From NCBI GenBank assembly GCA_963831325.1, contig CAWHQA010000004.1, positions 20,029-84,028 of the forward strand: DNA of 64,000 nucleotides. Direction: 5' to 3'. The notes under the pieces were generated by a model that saw only the letters and a program-made list of their open reading frames with translations, ran no database searches and had not been told where the DNA came from. Shown in pieces: positions 46,356 through 57,027 of this stretch. The translations under genes were made by a program, and so were the position numbers. The stretch is from an uncultured Actinomycetes bacterium. GTDB lineage: Bacteria; Actinomycetota; UBA4738; HRBIN12. The stretch's first letter is position 1. Every line of letters begins with the position of its first letter.

Positions 46356-47704
46356 TCAGCTCACCCACCCGATACAGGCGCCACGGTCCGGTACCCCTTT
46401 CAGCTCGTGTTCCCCGGCGTCTTCGAAGATGAGGCCGCTCCCCGCAACCAGATCCTTGACCGTCTGGGAAACGAGCACCTGCGAGGGACCGGCGAGGGCG
46501 CCCACGCGGGCGCCGATCACCACGCCGAGGCCAGCCACGTCATCGCCCTCGATCGCGACCTCGCCTGTGTGCAATCCCGCCCGTATCTCGATCCCGAGGG
46601 GACCGACCGCCGCGGCGACCGCCGTCGCGCAGCGCACCCCGCGTGCCGGCCCGTCGAACGTCGCGAGGAACCCATCGCCCATCGTCTTGATCTCTCGTCC
46701 GCGGTACCGGGCGATCTGCGAGCGCACGATCTGATCATGACGAGCACGCACATCGCGCCAGCCGGCATCACCGAGCGCGGCCGCCTGCACGGTGGAGTCG
46801 ACCACGTCCGTGAACAGCACCGTCGCGAGGACGCGATCGAAGTCCGCCTGCTCGACGCGGAGCGACTCGACGAACGCCGCTATGTGGGGGACGAGATCGT
46901 CGAGCGGGTACAAGTGGTCGTCTCCTGGGAGTTCGACGATGCGCGCGCCGGGTGTGTGCTCCGCGGTGTACCGCCCCTCCTCGACCTTCGTCATGCGGTC
47001 GCCGGTCCGATGCAGGACGAGTGTCGGAGCCTGGACGGACGGGAGGATGTGGCGGACGTCGGTCTCCATCACCGCGCGATCGCGCGCGATCGCGTCTCCC
47101 GGGCTGGCGGAGAGCCGGAGCTGCCTCCCGTACTCTCGCACCGACGGTCTCGTCGTGCAGGAGCGACGGGGACAGCATCTCGACGACCTCACGGACGAAG
47201 GCGTCGGTGCCCCACGCATGCTCGACCCGTTCGAAGTACTCCTCGTACATCTCTCTGCTCCAGCGTCGCGGGGTAGTCGGGCGCCGGTGTTCCACGCACC
47301 ATCGGAGCCTGCACGATCACCCCCGACGTGCGATGCGGGTGCGTCGCGGCGAACGTGAAGCAGAGCGACGCGCCGCTCTCGATCCCGAACAGGAACGCAC
47401 GCTCCGACGACGCTGCGTCCATCACGGCGCGGATGTCGTCCATCTGCGCTTCGATCGTGGCTGCTTCGCCGGTCCACGAACGGTCCGACGTGCCGCTGCC
47501 ACGCCGATCGAAGACCAACACTCGGCCGATCGAGGCCAAGCCCCGAACGAACGAGACGAACGGGGGGAAGTCCCAGGCGGCTTCGATGTTGGAGTAGTCG
47601 TACGGGACGAACACGATGTCCACAGGACCGGAACCCACCACCTGGTAGCCCACGTGGATCCCGTCCGCCGCGCGCGCGTACCGTGTCTCGGGCGCTTGGG
47701 TCAT
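46356..47704 (-). CDS. Alpha/beta hydrolase + class III nucleotidyl cyclase, LipJ-like paralog 4 (frameshifts ~47270, ~47145, ~46380)
   Basis: [43 protein letters not shown]...IGARV, HELKGVP. Confidence 0.85.
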
Positions 47705-49033
47705 GACGTCACCCGGAAGAGGCGCCAGCGGTCGGGCACGCCCTTCAGCTCGTGCTCGCCTGCGTCCTCGAACGTGAGGCCCGAGCCGGCCACGAGATCC
47801 TTCACGGTCTGTGAGACGAGGACCTCCGAAGGTCGCGGCCAGCGCGCCCACCCGCGCACCGATCGCCGCAGTCGGTCCGCCGAGATGGCCGTCGATCACC
47901 TCACATTCGCCGACGTGCACGCCTGCGCGGATCTCGAGGTCGAGGTCCCGCACGTTCCTCGTGACCGCGTCGGCACACCTGACAGCCGCGGCTGGTCCCT
48001 CGAACGTGGCGTAGAAGCCGTCGCCCGCGGTGTCGACCTCGGCGCCGTCGAACGAGGCGAGCTCCGCTCGCACGAGCGCGTGATGCCGTTCGATGACCGC
48101 CTTCCACGCATCCACGCCGAGGCGGAAGGCGGTCTCCGTGGATCCCACGATATCGGTGAACAACACGGCCCTCAACGCACCACCCGCCGTTGCCGCTAGG
48201 GGAGTGACTCCGATGAAGTCCCTGATCGCAGTGACGAGGGGAGCCTGGTCCCCGGCGGCCGAGTAGCGCTCCGTGCCCGGCAAGGAGACGAGCCTCGCTC
48301 CCGGGATGGCCCGTGTCACATACTCGGCCTCCTCGATCCCCTCCTCGAACGCTCGGACGAGGCAGAGCGTCGGCACCGAGATCGAGGGAAGAACTTCACG
48401 GATGTCGGTCTCGTAGTAGCGACGAAGCAGCTCGACCGCGTCGCCCGGTGCTGCCCAGTGGCGCTGGAGGCGGGCGTACCATCGGATCAGGCTTCGGTCA
48501 CCGGCGAGCGACGGCGCAACCGCTTCCATGAACTCGGCCGCATTTGCGTCGGTTCCCCAACCTCGACGAACGGCCTCGATGTCGGCGTTCGCCTCTTCCT
48601 CGGTCGCCCCCCATGGATAGCCGTCGACCTTCGTCCCGCGAGCTACTGGATCGAAGAGGCACAAGGCCCGGACGCGACGTGGATGGGTCGCGGCGAACAA
48701 GGGGGCGACCACGTTCCCCGCACTGACGATGACCGTCGAGCGAGAGCCCGCCGCATCGAGCACCGCGACGATGTCCCGTGCCTCGGTCTCGAGATCGGGA
48801 AGGCCGGCGTATCGATCCGAGAGCCCGGTGCCGCGCATGTCGTGACGGATCACGCGCGAGAAGGTGTTCAGCTTCGTGGTCAACGCCGGGATCAGGGGAT
48901 GCTCCCACTGCAGCTCGAGCCCGCCGTTGAAGCTGTGGATCCACAGGATGTCGACGGGGCCATCACCCACGACGTGATACGCGATGTGCACCCCGTCCTC
49001 GGTGAGCGCGTAACGGGTCTCCGGGGCGTCCAC
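47701..49033 (-). CDS. Alpha/beta hydrolase + class III cyclase, paralog 3 (frameshift ~47833)
   Basis: [29 protein letters not shown]; corrected end ...[14 protein letters not shown], stop overlapping next ATG. Confidence 0.87.
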
Positions 49034-49034
49034 C

Positions 49035-50381
49035 TCAGCTAACCACCCGGTACAGGCGCCACGTGTCCGGCACGCCCTTCAGCTCGTGCTCGCCAGCCTC
49101 ATCGAACACGAGCCCCGACCCGGCCGTGAGGTCCTTCACGGTCGATGACACGAGCACTTCTGATGGACCCGCGAGCGCGCCGATCCGCGCGCCGATGGCG
49201 ACCCCGATGCCGCCGATCTTCCCGTCGATCAGGTCGCATTCCCCCGTGTGGACCCCGGCCCGGATCTCGAGGTCGAGCCGGTTGCTGGACGACGCGATGG
49301 TCAGCGCGCAGCGCACGGCGCGAGCCGGGCCGTCGAAGGTCGCCAGGAAGCCGTCTCCGGCGGTGTCGATCTCCACGCCGCGGTGTCGAGCGAGCTCCGT
49401 TCTCACGAGCGCGTAGTGATCCTCGAGGACGTTCCGCCATCGTGCGTCGCCGAGCTCTGCCGCGCGCGCGGTCGAACCGACGATGTCGGTGAAGAGCACC
49501 GTCGCCAGCGCTCGATCGGGATCGGGTCCTCGTCGGGTTCCCGTCAGGAACTCCTCGACCTCGTCGAGCAGGGCATCCTGATCACCCGCCCACGGAAGGT
49601 GGTCATCGCCGCTGAGCTCCACGAAGCGCGCACCGGGGATCCGCGAGCTCAGACTTCGTCCGGCATCGACCGATTCGATCGCGTCGCCCGTGCGGTGCAG
49701 CACCAGGGTGGGGACGGCGATGGAGGGCAGCACCGCGCGCATGTCGATGTCACGCCAGATCGACTCGATCGCCACGACCGCGGAAGGGCTCGCGGCGAGC
49801 CGTTGGTAGGTCACGAACCATTCCCGGACATGCGGGTCGTCGTACGCGCTCGGGGCGGCCCATCGCAGGATCGATTCGATGTAGTCCCGGTGCCCCCAGC
49901 CCTCGCCCAGCTCCTGAAGGTATCGCTGCCACTCGTCCGAGCTCCATGCCCACGGTTCATCGGGGGTGCGGGTGCCCACAGCCGAGGCTCCGTAGAGGAT
50001 CAGCGCCGACGCTCGATCGGGATGCGACGCGGCGAACAAGGCGCAGAGGTCGGCGCCGTCGGCGAAGCCGAAGAGCGCCGCTCGCTCGATGCCCGCGTCG
50101 TCGAGGACCGCGCGGAGGTCGGCGACGAGCACCTCGATCGGGGGCAGGTCGCTCGCGGAGAGGCGATCCGAGAGCCCCGTTCCGCGCCGGTCGACGACGA
50201 CGAGTCGCGAGAACGAGGCGAGCCGGCTCAGGAACCGTGCGTACCGAGGGTTCCCCCAGTTCAGCTCCAGGTTCGAGGCGAAGCCGGGAACGTAGACGAG
50301 CGCCGACTCGCTCTGCCCGATGAGCTGATACGCAAGCGCGATCCCGTCGTTCTTCGCGTAACGCGTCTCTGGGACGTCCAC
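49035..50381 (-). CDS. Alpha/beta hydrolase + class III cyclase, paralog 2 (intact, 448 aa)
   Basis: [50 protein letters not shown]. Confidence 0.93.
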   Translation of the reverse strand: MDVPETRYAKNDGIALAYQLIGQSESALVYVPGFASNLELNWGNPRYARFLSRLASFSRLVVVDRRGTGLSDRLSASDLPPIEVLVADLRAVLDDAGIERAALFGFADGADLCALFAASHPDRASALILYGASAVGTRTPDEPWAWSSDEWQRYLQELGEGWGHRDYIESILRWAAPSAYDDPHVREWFVTYQRLAASPSAVVAIESIWRDIDMRAVLPSIAVPTLVLHRTGDAIESVDAGRSLSSRIPGARFVELSGDDHLPWAGDQDALLDEVEEFLTGTRRGPDPDRALATVLFTDIVGSTARAAELGDARWRNVLEDHYALVRTELARHRGVEIDTAGDGFLATFDGPARAVRCALTIASSSNRLDLEIRAGVHTGECDLIDGKIGGIGVAIGARIGALAGPSEVLVSSTVKDLTAGSGLVFDEAGEHELKGVPDTWRLYRVVS

Positions 50382-50382
50382 G

Positions 50383-51727
50383 TCAGCCCGCCACCCGGTA
50401 CAAGCGCCAGCGGTCGGGGACGCCTTTCAGTTCGTGCTCGCCGGCCTCCTCGAACGTCAAGTCCGGATCCCGCCACGAGGTCCCTGACGGTCTGTGAGAC
50501 GACCACCTCCGAGGCGCCGGCCATCGCTCCGACGCGCGCTCCGATCACGACGGCCATGCCGCCGACCTTGCCGTCGATCGTCTCCACCTCGCCCGTGTGC
50601 ACGCCTGCCCGTACCTCGATGCCGAGGGGGGCGATGGCGGCGGCGATCGCGCCCGCACAGCGCACGGCCCGAGCAGGCCCGTCGAAGGTCGCGAAGAATC
50701 CGTCGCCCGCTGTGTCGACCTCGATGCCGCGGAAGCGGGCGAGCTGCCCGCGCACGCGACGATGGTGCGTCTCGAGCAGCTCCTTCCAGGCTCGATCCCC
50801 GAGCTCGGCGGCCTTCTCGGTGGAGCCCACTACGTCGGTGAAGAGCACGGTGGCGAGCGCGCGGTCGAGTCCGGCTTCCAGGTCGCCGAGGTCCACGACG
50901 AACCGTTCGACCTCGTCGAGGATGTCGTCCTGCGGGCCTACCCAGGGGAAGTGCACGCTGCCCGGCAGCTCGACGAACGTGGCGCCGACGATGAGCTCGG
51001 CGGTGCGCCGGCTCTCCTCGATCGGGAAGTCGAGATCGCCGGTCCTCGCGATCACGAGCGTCGGCACGTGGATCGATGCGAGCGCGTGTGTAGCGTTGAT
51101 CTCACGGTTCATGCGTTCGAGCGCGATCGCGGCGGAAGGGCTCGCAGATCGGCGCATGTAGGAGGCGAGCCACGTGATCAGTCGCTCGTCGCGCTCGAAG
51201 CCCGGCGCACCCCATGCCCCGATCTCGTGGCGGGCGAACTCTTCCGTTCCCCATGCCCCCTCCATGCGCTCGAGGTAGGCCGCGCCATCGTCCTTGTAGG
51301 CCGGCGACCTGATCGTGAAGTCGGCTGCGGTGCCGTAGAGCGCGAGGGCCACCGTTCGCTCCGGGTAGGTCGCGGCGAAGAGCATCGACATCGGACCGCC
51401 TTCGGACACCCCGAACACCACCGCCCTATCCGACCCTACGGCGTCCATCACGGCTCGCACGTCGTCCATACGCGTCTCGAGGTTCGGCAGGCGATCGTCG
51501 GGCACGCGGTCGGACAGGCCGACACCGCGCTTGTCGAACAGGATCAACCGCGAGAACGTGCTGAGGTTATCGAGGAACCTCGCGAAGTCCGGTTCCTCCC
51601 ACATCGCCTCGACGTTCGAGAGCCAGCCCATCACGAACACCATGTCGACGGGCCCGTCGCCGACGACCTGGTATGCGATGTGCACGCCGTCGGCGGCCTT
51701 CGCGTACCGGGTCTCTGGGATGCGCAT
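50383..51727 (-). CDS. Alpha/beta hydrolase + class III cyclase, paralog 1 (frameshift ~50460)
   Basis: [40 protein letters not shown]; corrected end ...WRLYRVAG*. Confidence 0.9.
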
Positions 51728-51747
51728 GCGTGGATACTCCGCCCGCG

Positions 51748-51796
51748 GCGCCCTGCGCCGCAAGCCGAGCAGTGGCACCCTGCGCCGCAAGCCGAG
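51748..51796. repeat. 22-bp direct repeat x2 (27-bp period) in divergent promoter region
   Basis: GCGCCCTGCGCCGCAAGCCGAG (51748) and GCACCCTGCGCCGCAAGCCGAG (51775), 1 mismatch. Confidence 0.8.
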
Positions 51797-51825
51797 ACCG
51801 TGCGCCATCGCTAGACTCAGCCGCG

Positions 51826-52237
51826 ATGGCGGCGACCTATCGCATCGTGGTGGCGAAACCGGGGCTGGATGGCCACGACCGGGGGGCCAAGGTGGTCGCA
51901 CGGGCGCTCCGCGACGCGGGGTTCGAGGTGATCTACACGGGCATTCATCAGACGGCCGAGCAGATCGCTGAGACCGCGATCCAGGAAGACGCCGACGCCG
52001 TTGGTCTGTCGAGCCACTCGGGCGCGCACATGACGCTGTTCCCGAAGGTGGTGACGCAGCTCCGCGAGCGTGGCGCCGGCGACATCCTGGTGTTCGGGGG
52101 CGGCGTGATCCCGGTCGACGACATCCCAACGCTGAAGGAAGCCGGCATCGCCGAGATCTTCACGCCTGGGGCGAACACGGGCGACATCGCCACGTGGCTC
52201 CGCGAGCACCTCGAGGACCCGTCCCGCTGCGAACTAG
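51826..52237 (+). CDS. Cobalamin-binding small subunit of an acyl-CoA mutase (IcmB/methylmalonyl-CoA mutase C-terminal domain)
   Basis: [13 protein letters not shown] (DxHxxG), QEDAD.VGLS..SGAH, GGG.IP, FTPG; likely true stop TAG 52235-52237 after a 1-nt indel (called frame runs to 52323). Confidence 0.92.
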
Positions 52238-52268
52238 TCCAGACTAGACTACCGATCCGAGGAGCTCC

Positions 52269-53414
52269 ATGGACCTGTACGAGCACCAAGGCAAGGAGCT
52301 CTTCCGTGCTCACGGCATCGTGACGCCGCGCGGCATCGTCGTCGAGACGGCCGAGCACGCCGCCGACGCCACGCGCGAGCTCGGCGGGCGCAGCGTGGTC
52401 AAGGTGCAGGTGCAGATCGGCGGAAGGGGCAAGGGCGGAGGCGTGGTGCTCGTCGACTCGCCCGAGCATGCAGCCGAGGAAGCCGCCCGCATGCTCGGCT
52501 CGGACTTCAAGGGCCATGCGGTCACGCAAGTGCTCGTCGAGGAGCTGTTGCCGATCGCCGGCGAGTTCTACACGTCGATGCTGCTCGACCGTTCCACCGG
52601 CGACTACCTCGCGATGATGACCGCCGAGGGCGGGATGGACATCGAGGAGCTCGCGAGAACGCGCCCCGAGGCGCTCCGCCGAGTGCACATCGACCCCATG
52701 CTGGGCATGAGGGCGTTCCACGTGAGGGAGCTGGTCGGCACGCTGCCGATCGGCGCACGTGAAGGCGCGGCCGACGTGCTCCGCCGCATGTACGAGCTGC
52801 TGGCGGAGCGCGACGCCACCCTCGTGGAAGTGAATCCGCTCGTGCAGCTCGACGACGGCTCGGTGGTCGCGCTCGATGCCAAGGTGACGATCGACGACAA
52901 CGCGCTGTTCCGTCACCCGGAGGTCGAGGCGTACGAGGACGCGTTCCCCATCGACCCGGTGCAAGCGCGGGCGAACGAGAAGGGCCTGCAGTACGTGAAG
53001 CTCGAGGGCAGCGTCGGCATCATCGGCAACGGCGCCGGCCTCGTCATGTCGACGCTCGATCTGGTCGCACAGGCGGGGACCAGGGCGGCGAACTTCCTCG
53101 ACGTCGGCGGCGGGGCGAGCGCCGACCAGATGGCGACCTCCCTCGAGGTGGTGCTGAGCGACCCTGCCGTGAAGGCGGTGCTCGTCAACATCTTCGGCGG
53201 CATCACCCGCTGCGACCTCGTCGCCCAAGGGGTGCTCGGCGCGCTCGAGCGGGTCGAGGTCACGGTGCCGCTCGTCGTGCGGCTCGACGGCACGAACGCC
53301 GAACAGGGGCGAGCGATCCTCGAGGAGGCCGCGCACCCGCAGATCGTTGTTGCGGTGACGATGCAGGAGGCGGCCGAGCGCGCTGCAGCCCTCGCGAGCG
53401 GACGCGCGGCATGA
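52269..53414 (+). CDS. sucC: Succinyl-CoA synthetase beta subunit
   Basis: [50 protein letters not shown]. Confidence 0.97.
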   Translation: MDLYEHQGKELFRAHGIVTPRGIVVETAEHAADATRELGGRSVVKVQVQIGGRGKGGGVVLVDSPEHAAEEAARMLGSDFKGHAVTQVLVEELLPIAGEFYTSMLLDRSTGDYLAMMTAEGGMDIEELARTRPEALRRVHIDPMLGMRAFHVRELVGTLPIGAREGAADVLRRMYELLAERDATLVEVNPLVQLDDGSVVALDAKVTIDDNALFRHPEVEAYEDAFPIDPVQARANEKGLQYVKLEGSVGIIGNGAGLVMSTLDLVAQAGTRAANFLDVGGGASADQMATSLEVVLSDPAVKAVLVNIFGGITRCDLVAQGVLGALERVEVTVPLVVRLDGTNAEQGRAILEEAAHPQIVVAVTMQEAAERAAALASGRAA

Positions 53415-54281
53415 GCATCCTGGTCGGCGCCGACACGACACTGGTAGTCCAGGGGCTCACGGGCAAGGAAGGCACGTTCCACACGCTCCGCAACCGCGCC
53501 TACGGCACGAACGTCGCCGCGGGCGTGACGCCCGGCAAGGGTGGACAGCAGGTCGAGGGCATCCCTGTGTTCGACACGGTGGCCGACGCCGTGCGCGAGA
53601 TCGGGGTCAATACGAGCATGATCTTCGTGCCGCCACGATTCGCGGCCGAGGCGATCCTCGAAGCCGCCGACGCCGGTGTCGGCCTGGTCGTGTGCATCAC
53701 CGAGGGCATCCCGGTCAAGGACATGGCGCACGTGCGGAGCTATCTGCACGGCCGCGAGACCACGCTGGTCGGGCCGAACTGTCCGGGGGTGATCTCGCCC
53801 GGCGTGGCGAACGTCGGCATCATCCCGCCACAGGTGTGCATGCCCGGCAGGGTCGGGTTCGTGAGTCGATCGGGCACGCTCGTCTACCAGATCGTGCACG
53901 AGCTCACGCAACGCGGTATCGGCCAGTCGACGTGCGTCGGCATGGGCGGTGACCCGGTGCACGGCATCGGGTTCATCGAGGCGCTCACGGCGTTCGAGGC
54001 CGACCCCGAGACCGACCTGATGATCATGACCGGGGAGATCGGTGGTGACGACGAGGAGCGGGCGGCAGCCTACATCGCCGAGCACGTGAACAAGCCCGTG
54101 GTGGCCTACATCGCCGGGTTCGAGGCACCGCCGGGCAAGCGCATGGGCCATGCGGGCGCGATCGTGACCGGTTCCAAAGGTACGGCATCCGCCAAAGCCG
54201 AGGCGCTCGAGGCCGGCGGCGTGCCGGGTGGCTCGCACGCCGAGCCAGGTCGCCGAACTCGCACAGGCGGCGCTCGCATGA
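53411..54281 (+). CDS. sucD: Succinyl-CoA synthetase alpha subunit (frameshift ~54224)
   Basis: [40 protein letters not shown]; corrected end [19 protein letters not shown]. Confidence 0.96.
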
Positions 54282-55556
54282 CCCTCACCGAGGTCGTGCA
54301 CGTGCCGCCGACCTCGCTCACCCGCGACCTCATCGCGCTCGACACCTGTCGCGGTGCTCCGCGCGACGGCAGCTGCGCTCGCCGTCGCCGCGCTCGGCCA
54401 GGTGCCACCTTCGCTGTTCAACGTCGCCGGAGGGGGGCTGGCCGTCGAGACACAGCTTCGTGCGGGCTGGCTCTACACCATGGCCGGTCACGCGGTATCG
54501 ATCAGGGCGATCGGTTCGGGAGGCTCGGTCGACGGGGTGGGAACGGGTGTGGTCAGCCTGCGACTGGGCATGCTCACGATCGCGGCGGTCGCGATCGTCA
54601 TGCTCGTGACGGGTGCACGGGCGACGGCACGCAGGGTCGAAGACGCCGGCGCCAGACGCATCGTCGCCGGGGCGCTCCTCGCCGTGCCGTACGCGGTCTT
54701 GATCGGCGGTGTCAACGCCGGCGTCGGACTGCGCCTGGACACAGGCGGCGGTTTCCTGCCGAGCGCGACCACGTTCGCCGCCCCTGTATGGGAAGGGTTC
54801 GTGCTCCCGGGAGCCCTCGCTCTGGTCGCAGGCGCGCTCGGGGGATGGTCGGTCTCTCAGAGCTGGCATCGGCCCGCGGGCCGGGTCGCCCGCGCAGGGG
54901 TGTGGGGGTTCGGCTGGGCGATCGCGCTCAGCTTCGTCGGTGTGCTGGTCTTCGCGACCGTGCGGCCGGAGGGCCTCGAGCGCTACTCGGTCGAGATGTG
55001 GTCGGCCGGACCGCAGCGAGCGGCGCTCTACATCGGCCATCAGGCGCTGCTATTGCCCGATCAAGCGATGTGGGTGGTGGCGCCATCGATGGGAGCATGC
55101 GTGTCCCTGCGCGTCGACGAGGGCGCGCACGACGTGCTCTGTCTCGACCGCATCCCGCGCGCCCCCGACCCGGCGATCTGGCTGCTCTCCGAGCTCGGAC
55201 GGGTCGACGGATCGCCGCCGGTCGCGCCGATGCCGTGGCAGGCCTGGCTCTTCGTCGCCGTGCCCACGGCGGCGATCCTGCTCGGCTTCCGTCGACTGGG
55301 CCGTTCGGCACCGTCGTTCGTGCGGGCGGTGGCTCGAGGGCTCTTCGCCGGCGCGGTGTTCGCAGTGCTCGTGACTGCGACCTCGCTCGCCGGATCGCTC
55401 TGGCTCGCCGTGCAGGACGGCGACGCGACTCGCTCCGTCGCGCTCGGCCCCGACCCACTGATGACGGCGGCGGTCGCGCTGGCCTGGGGTCTAGGGGGTG
55501 GCGCCGTCGTCAGCGCTGCGAGCCACGCGTCGCGGCGGCTCAGCCGCCGAGGCTGA
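54278..55556 (+). CDS. Polytopic membrane protein, PerM/DUF6350-like (frameshift ~54344)
   Basis: About 9 hydrophobic segments; occupies the conserved actinobacterial sucD-X-purN position; ATGA overlap with sucD. Confidence 0.7.
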
Positions 55557-56300
55557 CCTCGGTGAAGTTCGTCTCGATCTGGGTGAACCTTCCCCATGCG
55601 GCTGCCCACCCGGCGTCGTCGCGCGGGTACCTCTCCACCGGCGTCGCCGGCGCCTGGCGATCCCAGATGCCGAAGAACGTGCGCCCGTAGCCGAGCAGAT
55701 ACCGCGAGCCCGAGTGGGTGTACTGCACGGCCGCCACGTCGTCGGGATCCATGACGATCGTCTCGGTGGGCGTCGCCGGGCCCGGTGATGGCGTGCTGCC
55801 GCCAGCTTGGTCGACGCCGGTGTTGTTCGGCTCGAGGGCGACGAATCGCAGCCACGCCTGACGCCATCCGTCGTCGGTTCGTGGGAATCGTTCCGAGGGC
55901 TGCGCCGGCGCCTGACGGTCCCAGATGCCGAAGACGTCAGCGGTGTAGCCGAGCACATACCGGTACCCGGAATGTGTGTAGCGGACGTCGCCGGCAACGG
56001 TCGCCGACTGCGGCACAACCGGGTCGCTCACGGGCGCGGGCTGCGCGTCTGTCGGCTCGTCCGCCACCACAGGTTGCGCGACGGTCGGCTCGTCCGCGAC
56101 CACTGGTTGCGAGGGGGACGACGGCCCCACGTCCGGGGTGGGTGAGGACGCCGGTTCCGACGGAGTGGGCGAGACCGGCCCCTGCGGGTCCGAGGAACTC
56201 GATGTGCCGCCGCCGGCTGCACAGTGAGGTCGCTGTGGCAGTAGCGGCACTTGATCGCCTCGGACTGGATCATCTCCGCGCAGTAGGGACATTTCTTCAC
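55540..56300 (-). CDS. Zinc-ribbon protein with two tandem ~55-aa domains (frameshift ~56220)
   Basis: RBS GAGGGG + KKCPYCAE.I...AIKCRYC; P/S linker; YTHSG.RY.LGY....[21 protein letters not shown] twice. Confidence 0.75.
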
Positions 56301-56418
56301 GGCGGTTCCCCTCGTGGTCGGGAGTCTGCTTGACCCAGGCAGGCTACCTGACTCGTCTCGGCTGACACATCTCGACGCGGGGTATCCCCGGTGGTCCGTT
56401 CGATACCATGCCCACGAG

Positions 56419-57027
56419 ATGGGGGAGCGCATCGCCGTGCTGGTGTCGGGCAACGGTACGAACCTGCAGGCGTTGCTGGACGACCCGTTCTGTGGTCCGC
56501 GCATCTCGCTCGTGCTGGCCGATCGCTCCGGCATCCGGGCACTCGAACGCGCGGAGGCTCGCGGAGTCGAGACGCTCGTGATCGAGCCAGCGGGGTTCGG
56601 GGAGCGGTCAGCCTTCGACGAGGCGGTCGCCGGGGCTCTGAAGCGGCACGGCGCCGATGCCGTCGTGACTGCCGGGTACATGCGGCTGCTTGGCCGTGCG
56701 GTGCTCGAGGTGTACGTGGGTCGGTGGCTGAATACTCACCCGTCGCTGCTGCCGTCGTTCCCAGGCATGCACGGTGTGCGCGACGCGCTCGGATACGGCG
56801 TCAAGGTCACCGGCGTGAGCGTGTTCCTCGTCGACGAAGGGGTCGACACGGGACCGATCGTGCTGCAGGAAGCGGTGGAGGTGCGCGAGGACGACGACTG
56901 GCGCTCACTCGAGTCGAGGATCCTCGAGGTGGAACATCGATTGCTGCCGACCGCGGTGCGGGCTCTGGTCGAGGGCCGCCTCGTGGTGGAAGGTCGGCAC
57001 GTGACGATCGTGGAAGCAGCCCGATGA
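56419..57027 (+). CDS. purN: Phosphoribosylglycinamide formyltransferase
   Basis: [38 protein letters not shown]. Confidence 0.96.
   Translation: MGERIAVLVSGNGTNLQALLDDPFCGPRISLVLADRSGIRALERAEARGVETLVIEPAGFGERSAFDEAVAGALKRHGADAVVTAGYMRLLGRAVLEVYVGRWLNTHPSLLPSFPGMHGVRDALGYGVKVTGVSVFLVDEGVDTGPIVLQEAVEVREDDDWRSLESRILEVEHRLLPTAVRALVEGRLVVEGRHVTIVEAAR

Noticed and set aside
47189-49033. 614-aa hydrolase-cyclase-hydrolase fusion in the ORF track
   Set aside because: An indel near 47833 joins paralogs 3 and 4; the corrected frame stops at 47701 with an ATGA overlap.
46356-51727. Pycsar or CBASS anti-phage system
   Set aside because: No cyclic-nucleotide-binding, TIR or TM effector gene is adjacent, and the architecture is LipJ-like rather than PycC-like.
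53411-55690. 759-aa SucD fusion protein
   Set aside because: An extra C near 54224 causes read-through; the normal SucD end lies in the adjacent frame with a stop at 54281.
56301-56418. ZTP (pfl) riboswitch upstream of purN-purH
   Set aside because: No pfl consensus was recognised; the region holds divergent promoter elements and purN has almost no leader.
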